The position numbers and the translations under genes were made by a program. The notes under the pieces were generated by a model, which worked only from the letters and a program-made list of their open reading frames with translations, was not told the origin of the DNA and ran no database searches. Shown here in pieces: positions 18,989 to 28,780 of a stretch of DNA of 64,000 bases. Each line of letters starts with the position of its first letter. Within the stretch, counting starts at the first letter, position 1. Origin of the DNA: Abditibacterium sp. (GTDB lineage Bacteria; Armatimonadota; Abditibacteriia; Abditibacteriales; Abditibacteriaceae); the NCBI GenBank assembly GCA_965199495.1, contig CBDASK010000003.1, positions 3,104,001-3,168,000 on the forward strand, in the 5' to 3' direction.

Positions 18989-19996
18989 ATGAAAAACTTC
19001 AAATTTGCCATCCTCGCCACCGCCGGTTTGCTCGCTGGCGCGGGCTTTGGCGCTTATCGTCTGAACAACAAACCGGCGCTGGCGGCGGCAGAAAACAATT
19101 TCAAAACCGCGCCCGAACTGGTCGGTTCGCAGTGGCTCAACACGCCGGGCAACAAGCCGATCACTCTCGCTTCGCGTCGCGGCAAAGTCACCATCGTCGA
19201 GTTTTATGCGACGACTTGTTCCAACTGCATCGCCAATTTTTCGGCCTATAACAAATGGCACGACGATTTGAAAAATCAGGGCGTCGAAGTGATCGGCGTT
19301 CATACGCCCGAAACTTCGTTCGAGCGCGACCCGAAAAACGTGGCGTCGCAAGCCAAAAAGTATGGCATCAACTATCCGATTTTGATCGATGCCAACAGCA
19401 AAAATTGGCAGAATTACAATCAGCAATACTGGCCGACGATTTATGTCGTGGACAAAGCCGGGAAAATCCGCTCGAAGTGGGAAGGCGAACTCGAATCGGG
19501 CGGCGGCAAAGGCACCGCCAAAATCACGGCGCAAGTTCAGCAATTACTCGCCGAAAAATCGCCCGCTGGAATGAAAAACGTTTCGACGAATAATATGCCC
19601 AACGCGCAGGGCAAAGTCGTGAAAACCGACGCGCAATGGCGCGCGCAGTTGACGCCGCAGCAATACGAAGTTTTGCGCAATGAAGGCACCGAAGCGCCTT
19701 ATTCCGGCGCGCTGTTGAAGAACCACGAAACCGGCGTTTTCGTGTGCGCGGGTTGCGGTCAGGAACTGTTTAAGTCCGGCACCAAATTCGATTCGGGCAC
19801 TGGTTGGCCGAGTTTTTATCAGGCGATTCCCGGCGCCGTCGTCGAGAAAACCGACGACAGTTTGTTCATGGAGCGCACCGAAGTCGTCTGTTCGCGTTGC
19901 GGCGGACACTTGGGCCACGTCTTCAACGACGGCCCGCAACCGACCGGTTTGCGCTATTGCATGAACTCGGCGGCGTTGGGTTTCGAGAAAAAGTAA
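18989..19996 (+). CDS. msrB: Exported redoxin (TlpA/DipZ-like)-MsrB fusion
   Basis: N-terminal signal; CSNC and [33 protein letters not shown]. Confidence 0.9.
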   Translation: MKNFKFAILATAGLLAGAGFGAYRLNNKPALAAAENNFKTAPELVGSQWLNTPGNKPITLASRRGKVTIVEFYATTCSNCIANFSAYNKWHDDLKNQGVEVIGVHTPETSFERDPKNVASQAKKYGINYPILIDANSKNWQNYNQQYWPTIYVVDKAGKIRSKWEGELESGGGKGTAKITAQVQQLLAEKSPAGMKNVSTNNMPNAQGKVVKTDAQWRAQLTPQQYEVLRNEGTEAPYSGALLKNHETGVFVCAGCGQELFKSGTKFDSGTGWPSFYQAIPGAVVEKTDDSLFMERTEVVCSRCGGHLGHVFNDGPQPTGLRYCMNSAALGFEKK

Positions 19997-20012
19997 ATTG
20001 TCGCGAAAGTTG

Positions 20013-20050
20013 AAAACGAGCCGCCCGAAAATCTTCGGGCGGCTCGTTTT
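20013..20050 (+). terminator. Intrinsic terminator
   Basis: AAAACGAGCCGCCCGAA-AATC-TTCGGGCGGCTCGTTTT. Confidence 0.8.
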
Positions 20051-20109
20051 ATTTTGGTTGGTTGCTCCTGAAAAGCGCGAGCGCGTTAAAATAAAGTCCC
20101 CATACATTT

Positions 20110-20952
20110 ATGATTGCTTCACTTTCTCCCGTCACAGCGGGCGCCGGATTGCCGTTGCCGCAGCAGGTCGCTTTATGCGCGCGTCACGGATTTGCCGGAC
20201 TTGAAATCGGCATGGACGCCGTGGCTGCCCTCGGCATCGAGAACGCGCGCGAGTTATTTCAACACGCCGATGTCGCGCCCGTCACTTTTGGTTTGCCCGT
20301 CGAATGGCGCAAAGACGAAGCAACCTTCGCCGCCGATTTGGCGCGCTTACCAATGCTGGCGCGCCTGGCCGCCGATTTGGGCATCACGCGCTGCACGACT
20401 TACGTTTTGCCTTCGTCCAAAACGCCCGTGGCGGAATACGCCGCGACTTCGATTCGTCGTTTCGCCGCCATCGCCGCGATTTTGAACGAGCAGCACATTT
20501 CTCTGGGGTTGGAATTTCTCGGCCCGCAGCAGTTTCGGCCCGACCCAAATAACGTCTGGTTTTACGACATCGCGGGCGCTTTAGCTGTTGCCGACGAAGT
20601 GAATCGCGCGGCTGGAACGAGTAATGTCGGATTGTTGGTGGATTGCTGGCACTGGCACGCGGGCGGCGGCACGCAGATGGATTTGGCTTCGATTCCGCTC
20701 GAACAGATCGTCCACGTTCACATCAACGATGCGCCTGCGGGCGTCGCCTTGCCCGATTTGGTGGACAACGTGCGCGAACTGCCCGGCGCGACCGGCGAAA
20801 TTGACGTGCGCGGCTTCCTTTCGACATTGCGCGCTCTGGGCTATAACGGCCCGGTTGCGGTCGAAACGTTCTCGCAAAAGTTAAACGAAATGTCGTCCGA
20901 CGACGCGGCGGCTTTAGCGGCCACGGCGACGCGCAAGGCGTTGGCGATTTGA
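20110..20952 (+). CDS. Sugar-phosphate isomerase/epimerase (xylose-isomerase-like TIM barrel)
   Basis: LGLEF, DCWHW, HVHIND, GYNGPVAVE. Confidence 0.88.
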   Translation: MIASLSPVTAGAGLPLPQQVALCARHGFAGLEIGMDAVAALGIENARELFQHADVAPVTFGLPVEWRKDEATFAADLARLPMLARLAADLGITRCTTYVLPSSKTPVAEYAATSIRRFAAIAAILNEQHISLGLEFLGPQQFRPDPNNVWFYDIAGALAVADEVNRAAGTSNVGLLVDCWHWHAGGGTQMDLASIPLEQIVHVHINDAPAGVALPDLVDNVRELPGATGEIDVRGFLSTLRALGYNGPVAVETFSQKLNEMSSDDAAALAATATRKALAI

Positions 20953-21570
20953 GGCGCGGAACATGGAACTGCGTGGCACTCGCCAATAAAACGGCGGCTT
21001 CGTGTAACCATATTGATTATGTTTGTTGATCGCGTCGTAATCTAATTGCGTGAAGCGGACGTTGTTATTGTCAATCCATTTGAACGTGTGAGCGAAGTCA
21101 ATGTGGAAGTATTTGTAGCGCGGCCAAGCGCCCAATTCCAGGCAATACAAACCGCCTTCATCAGTATCGCTCGCCCCGCTTCCGTCCGAGCGCACCAGCA
21201 AACGGCGATTATCCGGCGACCACGCAAAGCCCATTGTGTAATCGCTGGGCGCGGCGAAATGACGCAATCGGTAGCCTTCGCGCCACACGAAATAATCTGG
21301 GACTTGCGACACAACCACGGCTTTGTGGTCTTTCGACCAGACAATGTCCTCTTTGGGATCAAAATGGTAACTCAGCGTCCGCTTCCACAAGGTCTTGCTC
21401 GCCAAACCGTCGCGTAGCCAAATCTCCCATTGCGGCTCGGTATAAGGATTAGTGGAGAAGTAGCCCGTTTGTCGCCAGTGCAATTGGTAACGTTCGCCCG
21501 CACAAGCGCGATTATGTTGGCTGCACAGCGCGCATACAAACAAAATCCAAAAAAGAAAAGATCGCTTCAT
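20914..21570 (-). CDS. Exported hypothetical protein with WD40/TolB-like motifs
   Basis: Signal peptide; WSKD and WSPD repeats. Confidence 0.65.
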   Translation of the reverse strand: MKRSFLFWILFVCALCSQHNRACAGERYQLHWRQTGYFSTNPYTEPQWEIWLRDGLASKTLWKRTLSYHFDPKEDIVWSKDHKAVVVSQVPDYFVWREGYRLRHFAAPSDYTMGFAWSPDNRRLLVRSDGSGASDTDEGGLYCLELGAWPRYKYFHIDFAHTFKWIDNNNVRFTQLDYDAINKHNQYGYTKPPFYWRVPRSSMFRASNRQRLARRRGR

Positions 21571-21627
21571 CCTTAAATATCATATTACAAATTTTAGGGT
21601 TTAGCAAATTCGCTTGCATTGTGCGAG

Positions 21628-22776
21628 TCATTTCCAATACTCATCGGGAAAGCGCCAGATTTTCGTCGCTTTTCCGCTCGCGACATCCACGCGCCACAGT
21701 TCGCCCGAAGCAGCCACGGCGACGGCGTTCTGGTTGCCAATCCACGTCACGTCGTCGGCGTTCCAATCGGTGCGCGTGCCTAACTCGGTCGCTTTCAAAT
21801 TGGGCAGCGAAATCGTCCACAGTTTTTCGCCCGCCGCGCCCAGAATTCGTTTTTCGTTGGGCGACCAGTAAACCGTAATCACATCGCCGGGAATCGTGGC
21901 GGTTTTAAGTTTTTTAACGCCGTTTCCTTCGATGTTATAAAGCGTCCATTGCCAATCGGTTTCACCCTCGGCGCGCGCCAAAACCAACTGTTTGCCGTTG
22001 GGCGAAACATAACTCCACGAAATCTCGTCGCCGTTCCATGCGGGCGAAATCTGCGCGGCTTTCGCATTTTCGACGCGAAACAGCGCGATTTTTTCGGGTT
22101 GCTTCGCGATGTCGCGCACGACGTAATAAACCGTGCGCTTGCCGATTTGGATGGCGCGATTTTGTCCGTATGTCACATCGGCATGATCGAGCGGGAGCGC
22201 GCGGCCATTGGCCACGCGAAACAGCGATTTGGGTTCGCCGCGCGTTTTGAGCACGAGCGTGCCATCGGGCGCGTAAAGTCCGCTGACGAGCTTTTGGCCG
22301 CGCGGCAAATCGGGCGTGATATTCTCTGGATCGCTCGCTGATAAAGTCGCGCCATCAACGGGCGCGCTATAAATTCCGGCGTTGGCTTTGGCGGCGGGAC
22401 GCGGAATTTTTTCGCGTTCGATGAGCAGCGCGCGGCCATCGGCGCGCCACGCCGAAACGTAATCTTGCCAGCCTGCGGGCGAAGTCGTCGCGCGCGCGCG
22501 CCCAGTTTTGAGGTCAACGATCCACACGCTGCCGCGCCCGTAATTGTTATAAATGCCGGTAAACGCCAGTAAACGCCCGTCGGGCGAAGCGCGCAAACCT
22601 TTGACCAGCGGCGCCGGAGCCGCCGTGGCTGCTGGCCGCGCCGTGATATTTCCGGTGGGCGCAATGCGCGCTTGTTCTGTGGCGCGACTTTGGAAACCCA
22701 GCCCCACGAAAAAGCCGGTGCCCAACAACACGGCGCCCAAAACTAACGCGCGCGCGGCAAGTGAAAATCGTGACAT
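21628..22776 (-). CDS. Membrane-anchored beta-propeller (TolB-like) protein
   Basis: N-terminal TM; SPDG/SPNG/WSPN repeats. Confidence 0.75.
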   Translation of the reverse strand: MSRFSLAARALVLGAVLLGTGFFVGLGFQSRATEQARIAPTGNITARPAATAAPAPLVKGLRASPDGRLLAFTGIYNNYGRGSVWIVDLKTGRARATTSPAGWQDYVSAWRADGRALLIEREKIPRPAAKANAGIYSAPVDGATLSASDPENITPDLPRGQKLVSGLYAPDGTLVLKTRGEPKSLFRVANGRALPLDHADVTYGQNRAIQIGKRTVYYVVRDIAKQPEKIALFRVENAKAAQISPAWNGDEISWSYVSPNGKQLVLARAEGETDWQWTLYNIEGNGVKKLKTATIPGDVITVYWSPNEKRILGAAGEKLWTISLPNLKATELGTRTDWNADDVTWIGNQNAVAVAASGELWRVDVASGKATKIWRFPDEYWK

Positions 22777-22815
22777 GGAGAAAGGATAAGAAATAAAAAA
22801 TGGCGCGAAGAAATT

Positions 22816-23403
22816 TTATTGTTGGGCTTTCTTAATTCCGTCCAGCCATAACTGGTGAATGCGCGATTCGCCCGCGATTTCGGGATGAAACGACGCGGCC
22901 ATAATCTGATTCTGGCGCACCAGAACCGGCACGCCTTCGTAACTTCCCAAAACTTCGACACCGGCTCCGACTTCGAGGATTTGTGGCGCGCGAATAAAAA
23001 CTGCGCGGATCGTGCCGTCTAAAGCGAGCACTTCGATTTCGGCCTCGAACGAATCGAGTTGGGTGCCGTAAGCGTTGCGAGCCACGCGCACATCTAACGC
23101 GCCCAGACTGTGTTGCGCGAAGTTGGTCGAGGTATTTTCAATGGCGCGCGCCAACAAAATCAAACCCGCGCAGGTGCCAAGCGCGGGCAAACCGTCGTTT
23201 AATCGCTGCACCAAGGGCGCGCGCAAATCGTAGCGGTCGAGCAGACGCGCCATCGTCGTGCTTTCGCCGCCGGGCAAGATCAAGCCGTCCACGGTTTCCA
23301 ATTCAGCGCGCGTGCGCACCAATTGCGTCGGCACGCCCAGTTCGTGCAACACCTTTTGGTGTGCGCTATAATCGCCCTGCAAAGCGAGAAGTCCAATTAA
23401 CAC
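22816..23403 (-). CDS. pdxT: PLP synthase glutaminase subunit
   Basis: GLLALQG, PGGEST, GTCAG, RNAYG, FIRAP, FHPE. Confidence 0.96.
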   Translation of the reverse strand: MLIGLLALQGDYSAHQKVLHELGVPTQLVRTRAELETVDGLILPGGESTTMARLLDRYDLRAPLVQRLNDGLPALGTCAGLILLARAIENTSTNFAQHSLGALDVRVARNAYGTQLDSFEAEIEVLALDGTIRAVFIRAPQILEVGAGVEVLGSYEGVPVLVRQNQIMAASFHPEIAGESRIHQLWLDGIKKAQQ

Positions 23404-23583
23404 CGCCTCAGTCTAACTTCATTGAGCCGTGGCTCTTGAGGTTAAGAAGCGTCTTAGAATTTTAAAATATCAATAGTTTGCAGTTATTTTGTTAAAAGCA
23501 AAAATTATCGGCACTGGCATTGCATTCTGCTTTTGCAAGAGGTGCTGCTCGTTCTTTATGGTGCCTCAACAGGAAACCAAACC

Positions 23584-24234
23584 ATGAAAACACGCACCCC
23601 CAAATTCACTGCTCTGGCGCTTGGCGCCGCGATGGGCTTCGCCTCTTTCGGCGCTCTGACCGCGACTCCCGCGCACGCGGACAACATCGTTGCCACCGCC
23701 AAAAGCACTGGCATGTTCAAAACTCTGCTGGCCGCCGCTCAGGCTGCTGGCGTGGCTCCGATGTTGATGAACGACAAAAACCTCACCGTTTTCGCGCCGA
23801 CCGATGCGGCCTTCGACAAACTGCCCGCTGGAACCGTGCAGATGTTGCTCAAGCCGGAAAACAAAGACACGCTGAAAAAGATTTTGGCCTATCACGTTTT
23901 GACGATGAAAGTGCCCGCCAAAAAAGCGATGGCTCTGCCATCGGGCACCAACATCAAAACCGCCGAGGGCGAGAAGTTCATTCTGCGCAAAATGGACGGC
24001 AAACTGATGATCGATCCGGGCGTTGGCGCCAAAGCCACCGTCATCAAGCCCAACGTGATGGCCGACAACGGCATCGTTCACGTCATTGACACCGTTTTGA
24101 TCCCACCCAGCGTGCAGCGCGCGATGGCTGAAAAAGCCAAAATGATGATGAAGAAAAATGATATGTCCACCAACGACAAGATGGACATGGACAAAGGTAA
24201 AATGGAAGATGGCAAGATGGATAACGGAATGTAA
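23584..24234 (+). CDS. Fasciclin (FAS1) domain secreted protein
   Basis: TVFAPTDAAF, ILAYHV, NGIVHVIDTVL. Confidence 0.93.
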   Translation: MKTRTPKFTALALGAAMGFASFGALTATPAHADNIVATAKSTGMFKTLLAAAQAAGVAPMLMNDKNLTVFAPTDAAFDKLPAGTVQMLLKPENKDTLKKILAYHVLTMKVPAKKAMALPSGTNIKTAEGEKFILRKMDGKLMIDPGVGAKATVIKPNVMADNGIVHVIDTVLIPPSVQRAMAEKAKMMMKKNDMSTNDKMDMDKGKMEDGKMDNGM

Positions 24235-24247
24235 ATTCATTCTCCAG

Positions 24248-24285
24248 AAAAAGGCGCCGAACGAGCAATCGTTCGGCGCCTTTTT
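24248..24285 (+). terminator. Intrinsic terminator
   Basis: AAAAAGGCGCCGAACGA..TCGTTCGGCGCCTTTTT. Confidence 0.8.
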
Positions 24286-24329
24286 GCGTTCGATTTAATC
24301 GCGGAATTTGATTTGCCAACTGCCAATTT

Positions 24330-24953
24330 ATGTCCGTTGTTTTACCCGCCGAACTGTTCCGCCGCGCCGACGAATCGAGCGATTTAGATTTCTACAATCA
24401 ACCGCGATTGGTCGCGCATATCGAACCCGAAACTATCGAAGCGGTCACCAAACTTTATCGCGAATTGTTGCCGCCAAATGGCGCGATTCTCGATATGATG
24501 AGTTCGTGGATTTCGCATTTGCCCGCCGAAATGAGTTTCGCCCGTGTGGCAGCTACCGGCATGAACGCGCGCGAATTGGAAGCCAATCCGCGCCTGACCG
24601 ATTACAAAGTTCACGACCTTAACGCTAATCCGCGCTTGCCTTTTGCAGACGCGTCGTTCGACGCGGTGACCTGTTGTGTTTCGGTGCAATACCTGACGCA
24701 CCCCATCGAAGTTTTCGCCGATGTCGCGCGCGTCTGCCGCGCTGGGGCGCCGCTGATTGTTACTTTCTCCAATCGTTGCTTTCCAACCAAAGCCGTCGCC
24801 GCGTGGCAGAATTTGAATGACGAAGGCCATCTCAAATTAGTCGCGTATTATCTGCAAAGCGCGGGCGGTTGGGACGCTATCGAAATGCGCGATTGCACGC
24901 CGCAGTCGGCGCGCGAACCGCTGTTGGCCGTCGTCGCCCGGCGCCGTGGCTGA
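24330..24953 (+). CDS. SAM-dependent methyltransferase (type 11-like)
   Basis: FYNQPRLVAHI, LDMMSSWISH, FSNRCFPTKA. Confidence 0.85.
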   Translation: MSVVLPAELFRRADESSDLDFYNQPRLVAHIEPETIEAVTKLYRELLPPNGAILDMMSSWISHLPAEMSFARVAATGMNARELEANPRLTDYKVHDLNANPRLPFADASFDAVTCCVSVQYLTHPIEVFADVARVCRAGAPLIVTFSNRCFPTKAVAAWQNLNDEGHLKLVAYYLQSAGGWDAIEMRDCTPQSAREPLLAVVARRRG

Positions 24954-24956
24954 TGT

Positions 24957-25619
24957 CTACTCTGTCAATGCTTCGACAATCGCGACCGACGCCGAGCAAC
25001 CCAACCGATTGGCGCCCGCTTCGATCATCGCGAGTGCGGTCTGCAAATCGCGGATGCCGCCCGCCGCTTTGACGCCCATCTTTGGGCCGACGGTTTGGCG
25101 CATCAATTTCACATCGGCGATTGTCGCCGAGGTTGGCGCGAAACCGGTCGAAGTTTTGACGAAATCGGCGCCGACTTCGCGCGCGATTTGGCAAACCACG
25201 ACTTTTTGCGCGTCGGTCAAATACGCGGTTTCGATGATGACTTTGACCAGAGCGCACCCGCGCGCCGCTTCGACGACAGCGGCGATGTCGCGTTCGACAA
25301 TGTCCCAATCTTCGTCGCGCGCGGCGCCGATGGGAATGACCATATCTATTTCGTGTGCGCCCGCTTCGATGGCCGCGCCCGTTTCGTAGGCTTTGACTTT
25401 TGTCAACGTGTCGCCGTCGGGAAAACCGGCGACGGTCGCGATTTTAATTGGCGAATCCGCCAGCAACCGTGCCGCCAATCCGACATGGCGCGGCGCGAAA
25501 CAGACGGCGGCGAAACCGTAATGTAACGCTTCGCGGCACGCCTTTTCGATGGCATCGGTTTGGGCGTCGGGCTTCAAAACGGTGTGGTCAATGTGGGCGG
25601 CGAGTTGAGAACGATTCAT
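24957..25619 (-). CDS. deoC: Deoxyribose-phosphate aldolase
   Basis: IDHTVLKP, EIDMV, KVIIET, FVKTSTGF, KAAGGIR. Confidence 0.96.
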   Translation of the reverse strand: MNRSQLAAHIDHTVLKPDAQTDAIEKACREALHYGFAAVCFAPRHVGLAARLLADSPIKIATVAGFPDGDTLTKVKAYETGAAIEAGAHEIDMVIPIGAARDEDWDIVERDIAAVVEAARGCALVKVIIETAYLTDAQKVVVCQIAREVGADFVKTSTGFAPTSATIADVKLMRQTVGPKMGVKAAGGIRDLQTALAMIEAGANRLGCSASVAIVEALTE

Positions 25620-25643
25620 AATTGGGCAGGTAAATTATCGCTT

Positions 25644-26258
25644 TTAAACGGCCTTCACATCCAGCCACCGCCACAGATAGCGCGAGGCCAGCGTGCGATG
25701 CGGGCGCCACGGTTGGGCAATTTCGCCGAGTTTTTTCGCATCGGGCCGCTCGTCCAAATCATACAAACGGCGCGCGGCTTCGCGGATGCCCAAATCGCCG
25801 ACTGGCAAAACGTCGGGGCGATGGAGATGAAACATCAAAAACATATCGGCGCTCCACGGCCCCAAACCTTTGACGGCGACGATTTCGCGTGTAATTTCTT
25901 CGTCGCTCAAATTTTCCAATTTCGCGATTTGTAAATTGCCGTCCGATATATGCGCCGCCAGCGCGTGCAAGGTACGCGCTTTGGCGCCCGAAAGACCGAG
26001 CGAACGCAGCGTTTCGTGATCGGTTTGGGCGACGGTTTCCGGCGTGAAATCGGCGCCGAAATGCGCGCTTAAACGACCGCGAATCGCTCGCGCGACGTGC
26101 GTCGAAAGTTGCTGGCCCGCGACGATTCCACAAAGCGCGACGAAATGATTTTCGTCCGTGTTTTGGTCTTCTTCGAGGGCGCCCAAATGCTGCGTGACGC
26201 GCGCGATGGCGGCGGCTAAAATTGGGTCGGATTGGCTTAGAATTTGAGACGTTAGCAT
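25644..26258 (-). CDS. alkA: DNA-3-methyladenine glycosylase II (HhH-GPD)
   Basis: GQQLS, VKGLGPWSADM, PDVLPVGDLG, WRPHR. Confidence 0.88.
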   Translation of the reverse strand: MLTSQILSQSDPILAAAIARVTQHLGALEEDQNTDENHFVALCGIVAGQQLSTHVARAIRGRLSAHFGADFTPETVAQTDHETLRSLGLSGAKARTLHALAAHISDGNLQIAKLENLSDEEITREIVAVKGLGPWSADMFLMFHLHRPDVLPVGDLGIREAARRLYDLDERPDAKKLGEIAQPWRPHRTLASRYLWRWLDVKAV

Positions 26259-26352
26259 CCAGAGTAGTCTGGCTGATTTGATAATATCAAGCGTGAAAAC
26301 GCGAAATCTGATATAATTAAAGGGTTAAACTCTCTTGTTTGGAATAGATTAT

Positions 26353-28014
26353 ATGCCCACTGTTGAAGAAACTCCCACCGAAACCAAAGCGAAACCCCTG
26401 ACCGTGAAAGAAGCCCGCGTTGCCGAACTTTTGCAGGAACTCGACGGCAAAAGCGAAACCACACAGCGCCCGGTTATTGACGAAATCGTCGCGCTGGGAA
26501 GCGTGGCCGTCAAGCCATTGGCCAAAGCGCTGGGTTCGGGCGCGTCGTTTCAGGTGCGCATGGCTTCGGCCACCGGATTAGGCGAATTGGGCAGCGACAA
26601 ATGCGTGATGCCCCTCGTCGCCGCGCTGGGCGATTCCAGTCTCAACGTGCAGCGCGCCGCCGTGACGGCGTTGACGCTGTTGGGCGAGCCGACGGTGCAA
26701 CCGTTGTTGGAATCGCTCGATTCGCCCGATGAAGTCGTGCGCCGTTGGAGCGCCGAAGTTTTGGGGCGCCTCAAGCGCACTGAAATCGCGCCGACTTTGA
26801 TTGAAAAGTTGCCCAATGAAGCCTTGGAAGTTCAGAAATCCATCGTAATCGCGCTGGGCGAACTCAAGGACAAAGACGCGGCGCCGGTTCTGTTGCCGTT
26901 TCTCAATTCCGATAATTTGGATTTGGTGCGTTTCACCGCCGAATCGCTGGGCCAAATCGGCGACCAACGCGCGGTTGATCCGTTGATTGACGTTTTGAAT
27001 TCACCGTCGGTTGAGGTGCGCAAAGTCGTGGCGAGCGCGCTCGTGCAAATCGGCAAAGAAGCCGTGCCTTCGCTGACCGAGGCGCTGACGCATCACAATC
27101 ACAACGTGCGTTTGGCCGCCGCCGAGGCGCTGGGTTCGATTAAAGATAAGCGCGCGTCCAACGCTTTGATTAAAGCGCTCAAAGACGATAACAATCGCGT
27201 GCGCCGTTACGCGGCCCTCGCGTTGGGCGAAATCGGCGACGCCAAAGCCGCCGAAGGTTTGCAGGTTTTGCTCGAAGATAAAGTGCAGGACGTGCGTTAC
27301 TCGGCGGTCAAAGCCGTCGCGGGCATCGGCGGCAAGGCGTCGCTCAAGCCGTTGACCGACGCGATGCACGACTCCGATTGGGTCGTGCGTTTGGCGGCGG
27401 TGCAGGGTTTGGGATCGCTCAAAGATAAATCGTCGGTCGCGCCCTTGTGTGAAGCGCTCAAAGATGACGAGTGGAGCGTGCGCTATCACGCGGCGCTCGC
27501 GCTGGGCGAAATGAACGATAAAGACGCGGTCATTCCTTTGATCAAGGCGCTGCGCGATCCGCGCGAAAGCGTGCGTCGCGGCGTTGTCGAATCGCTGGGT
27601 CGCTTGGGCGACAAGCGCGCCGTGGCTGCTTTGGAGCGCCAGCGCAAAATCGAGGAAACCGAAGGCGCCAAACTCGCCATCGCGATGATTGATATGGTGT
27701 TGCCCGGTCTGCGACGCGGGCGCAAGTTCGAGCCGAAACCCGAACAGACCTTCACGCCGCGCCCGATTATCAACTCGGCGACGATCAAGCCCAAAGCCGC
27801 AATTCAGGCCGCGCAGGAAGCGCACGCGCGCATGGCCGCCGAAGCCGCCGCCGCCGCCGCGACGCTCGAAGATGAAGAGGACGCCAAAGAAGCCGCCGCC
27901 AAAGCCAAAAAAGCCAAGGCCAAAGGAAAAGGCAAAACCAAAGATACCGATGATGACGCCGATGCTCCCGACATGACCGCCGCCGATTTGGGCGAAGAGG
28001 GCGCGGGCATTTAA
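26353..28014 (+). CDS. HEAT/PBS-lyase repeat protein with charged tail
   Basis: Many VR.AA.ALG..GD..A..L..AL.D repeats. Confidence 0.9.
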   Translation: MPTVEETPTETKAKPLTVKEARVAELLQELDGKSETTQRPVIDEIVALGSVAVKPLAKALGSGASFQVRMASATGLGELGSDKCVMPLVAALGDSSLNVQRAAVTALTLLGEPTVQPLLESLDSPDEVVRRWSAEVLGRLKRTEIAPTLIEKLPNEALEVQKSIVIALGELKDKDAAPVLLPFLNSDNLDLVRFTAESLGQIGDQRAVDPLIDVLNSPSVEVRKVVASALVQIGKEAVPSLTEALTHHNHNVRLAAAEALGSIKDKRASNALIKALKDDNNRVRRYAALALGEIGDAKAAEGLQVLLEDKVQDVRYSAVKAVAGIGGKASLKPLTDAMHDSDWVVRLAAVQGLGSLKDKSSVAPLCEALKDDEWSVRYHAALALGEMNDKDAVIPLIKALRDPRESVRRGVVESLGRLGDKRAVAALERQRKIEETEGAKLAIAMIDMVLPGLRRGRKFEPKPEQTFTPRPIINSATIKPKAAIQAAQEAHARMAAEAAAAAATLEDEEDAKEAAAKAKKAKAKGKGKTKDTDDDADAPDMTAADLGEEGAGI

Positions 28015-28017
28015 GGG

Positions 28018-28090
28018 GTCAGGTCTCAGTTTTCAGGTGTCAGGAAGCATGGCTTTTCTCCTGAAAACTGAGACCTGAAAACTGTCACCT
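28018..28090. repeat. Inverted array of heptamer-like repeats
   Basis: TCAGGTC-TCAGTTT-TCAGGTG...CCTGAAA-ACTGAGA-CCTGAAA. Confidence 0.6.
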
Positions 28091-28097
28091 TACCAAG

Positions 28098-28586
28098 ATG
28101 AAAAAGAAAGAGACGCAATTTAAATTTATCGGCAACGAAACCATCGTTTCCAACCGGCGGGCGCGCCACGATTATGAGATTACCGAGACAATGGAAGCCG
28201 GTCTGGTTTTGACAGGGACGGAAGTCAAAAGCATCCGTCAGGGCGGCGCCCAAATCGCCGAAGCCTATGCCATCGTGGATCATGGCGGACGCAAGGCGCC
28301 CGAAGTTTGGATTCAGGGCATGTTCGTGCCGCCCTATTTATCGGGCAATTACAACAACGTTGACCCGCGTCGCAAACGCAAATTGTTGTTGCATCGCAAC
28401 CAAATCAACAAATTGATCGGGGCGAGTTCGCAAAAGGGCTACACGCTGATTCCACTGAAATTGCATCTGAAAAACGGCAAGATTAAAATGGATATCGGCG
28501 TCGGCAAAGGTCGCAAAAGCCACGATAAACGCCGCGCTATCGCCGACCGCGAAACCAAACGCGACATGGAACGCGGACAGTTATAA
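28098..28586 (+). CDS. smpB: SsrA-binding protein
   Basis: NRRARHDY, EAGLVLTGTEVKSIR, RKLLLH, GKGRKSHDKR. Confidence 0.97.
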   Translation: MKKKETQFKFIGNETIVSNRRARHDYEITETMEAGLVLTGTEVKSIRQGGAQIAEAYAIVDHGGRKAPEVWIQGMFVPPYLSGNYNNVDPRRKRKLLLHRNQINKLIGASSQKGYTLIPLKLHLKNGKIKMDIGVGKGRKSHDKRRAIADRETKRDMERGQL

Positions 28587-28590
28587 CATT

Positions 28591-28775
28591 TTAGGAGTTC
28601 CGCATTTGCGCTCGCGATGTCATTTCGAGCTTGCCGAGAAATCTTTCGGCCCCGCGCCAGCGGAAGTCGCAGAAAACTTTGAACGTGAAAACCGCTCGAA
28701 CTGGGCTGCCGCGCGGGCGTAAGATTTCTCGGCAAGCTCGAAATGACATCGCGAGCGCAAATGCGGAACTCCTAA
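28591..28775. repeat. TGTCATT-family palindromic element, copy 1
   Basis: Core TGTCATTTCGAGC..GAGAAATCT...AGATTTCTC..GCTCGAAATGACA with a perfect outer inverted arm. Confidence 0.88.
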
Positions 28776-28780
28776 TCGAC

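Noticed and set aside
28631..28780. ORF-track N-terminal extensions and ORFs such as 49594..50025, 59531..59989, 61869..62603 and 38102..38338
   Set aside because: They are translations of palindromic repeats; true starts lie outside the elements (e.g. GT2 at 28781, ligase at 49616)
28586..28780. tmRNA next to smpB
   Set aside because: The structured sequence is a multi-copy palindrome; no tRNA-like ends or tag reading frame seen
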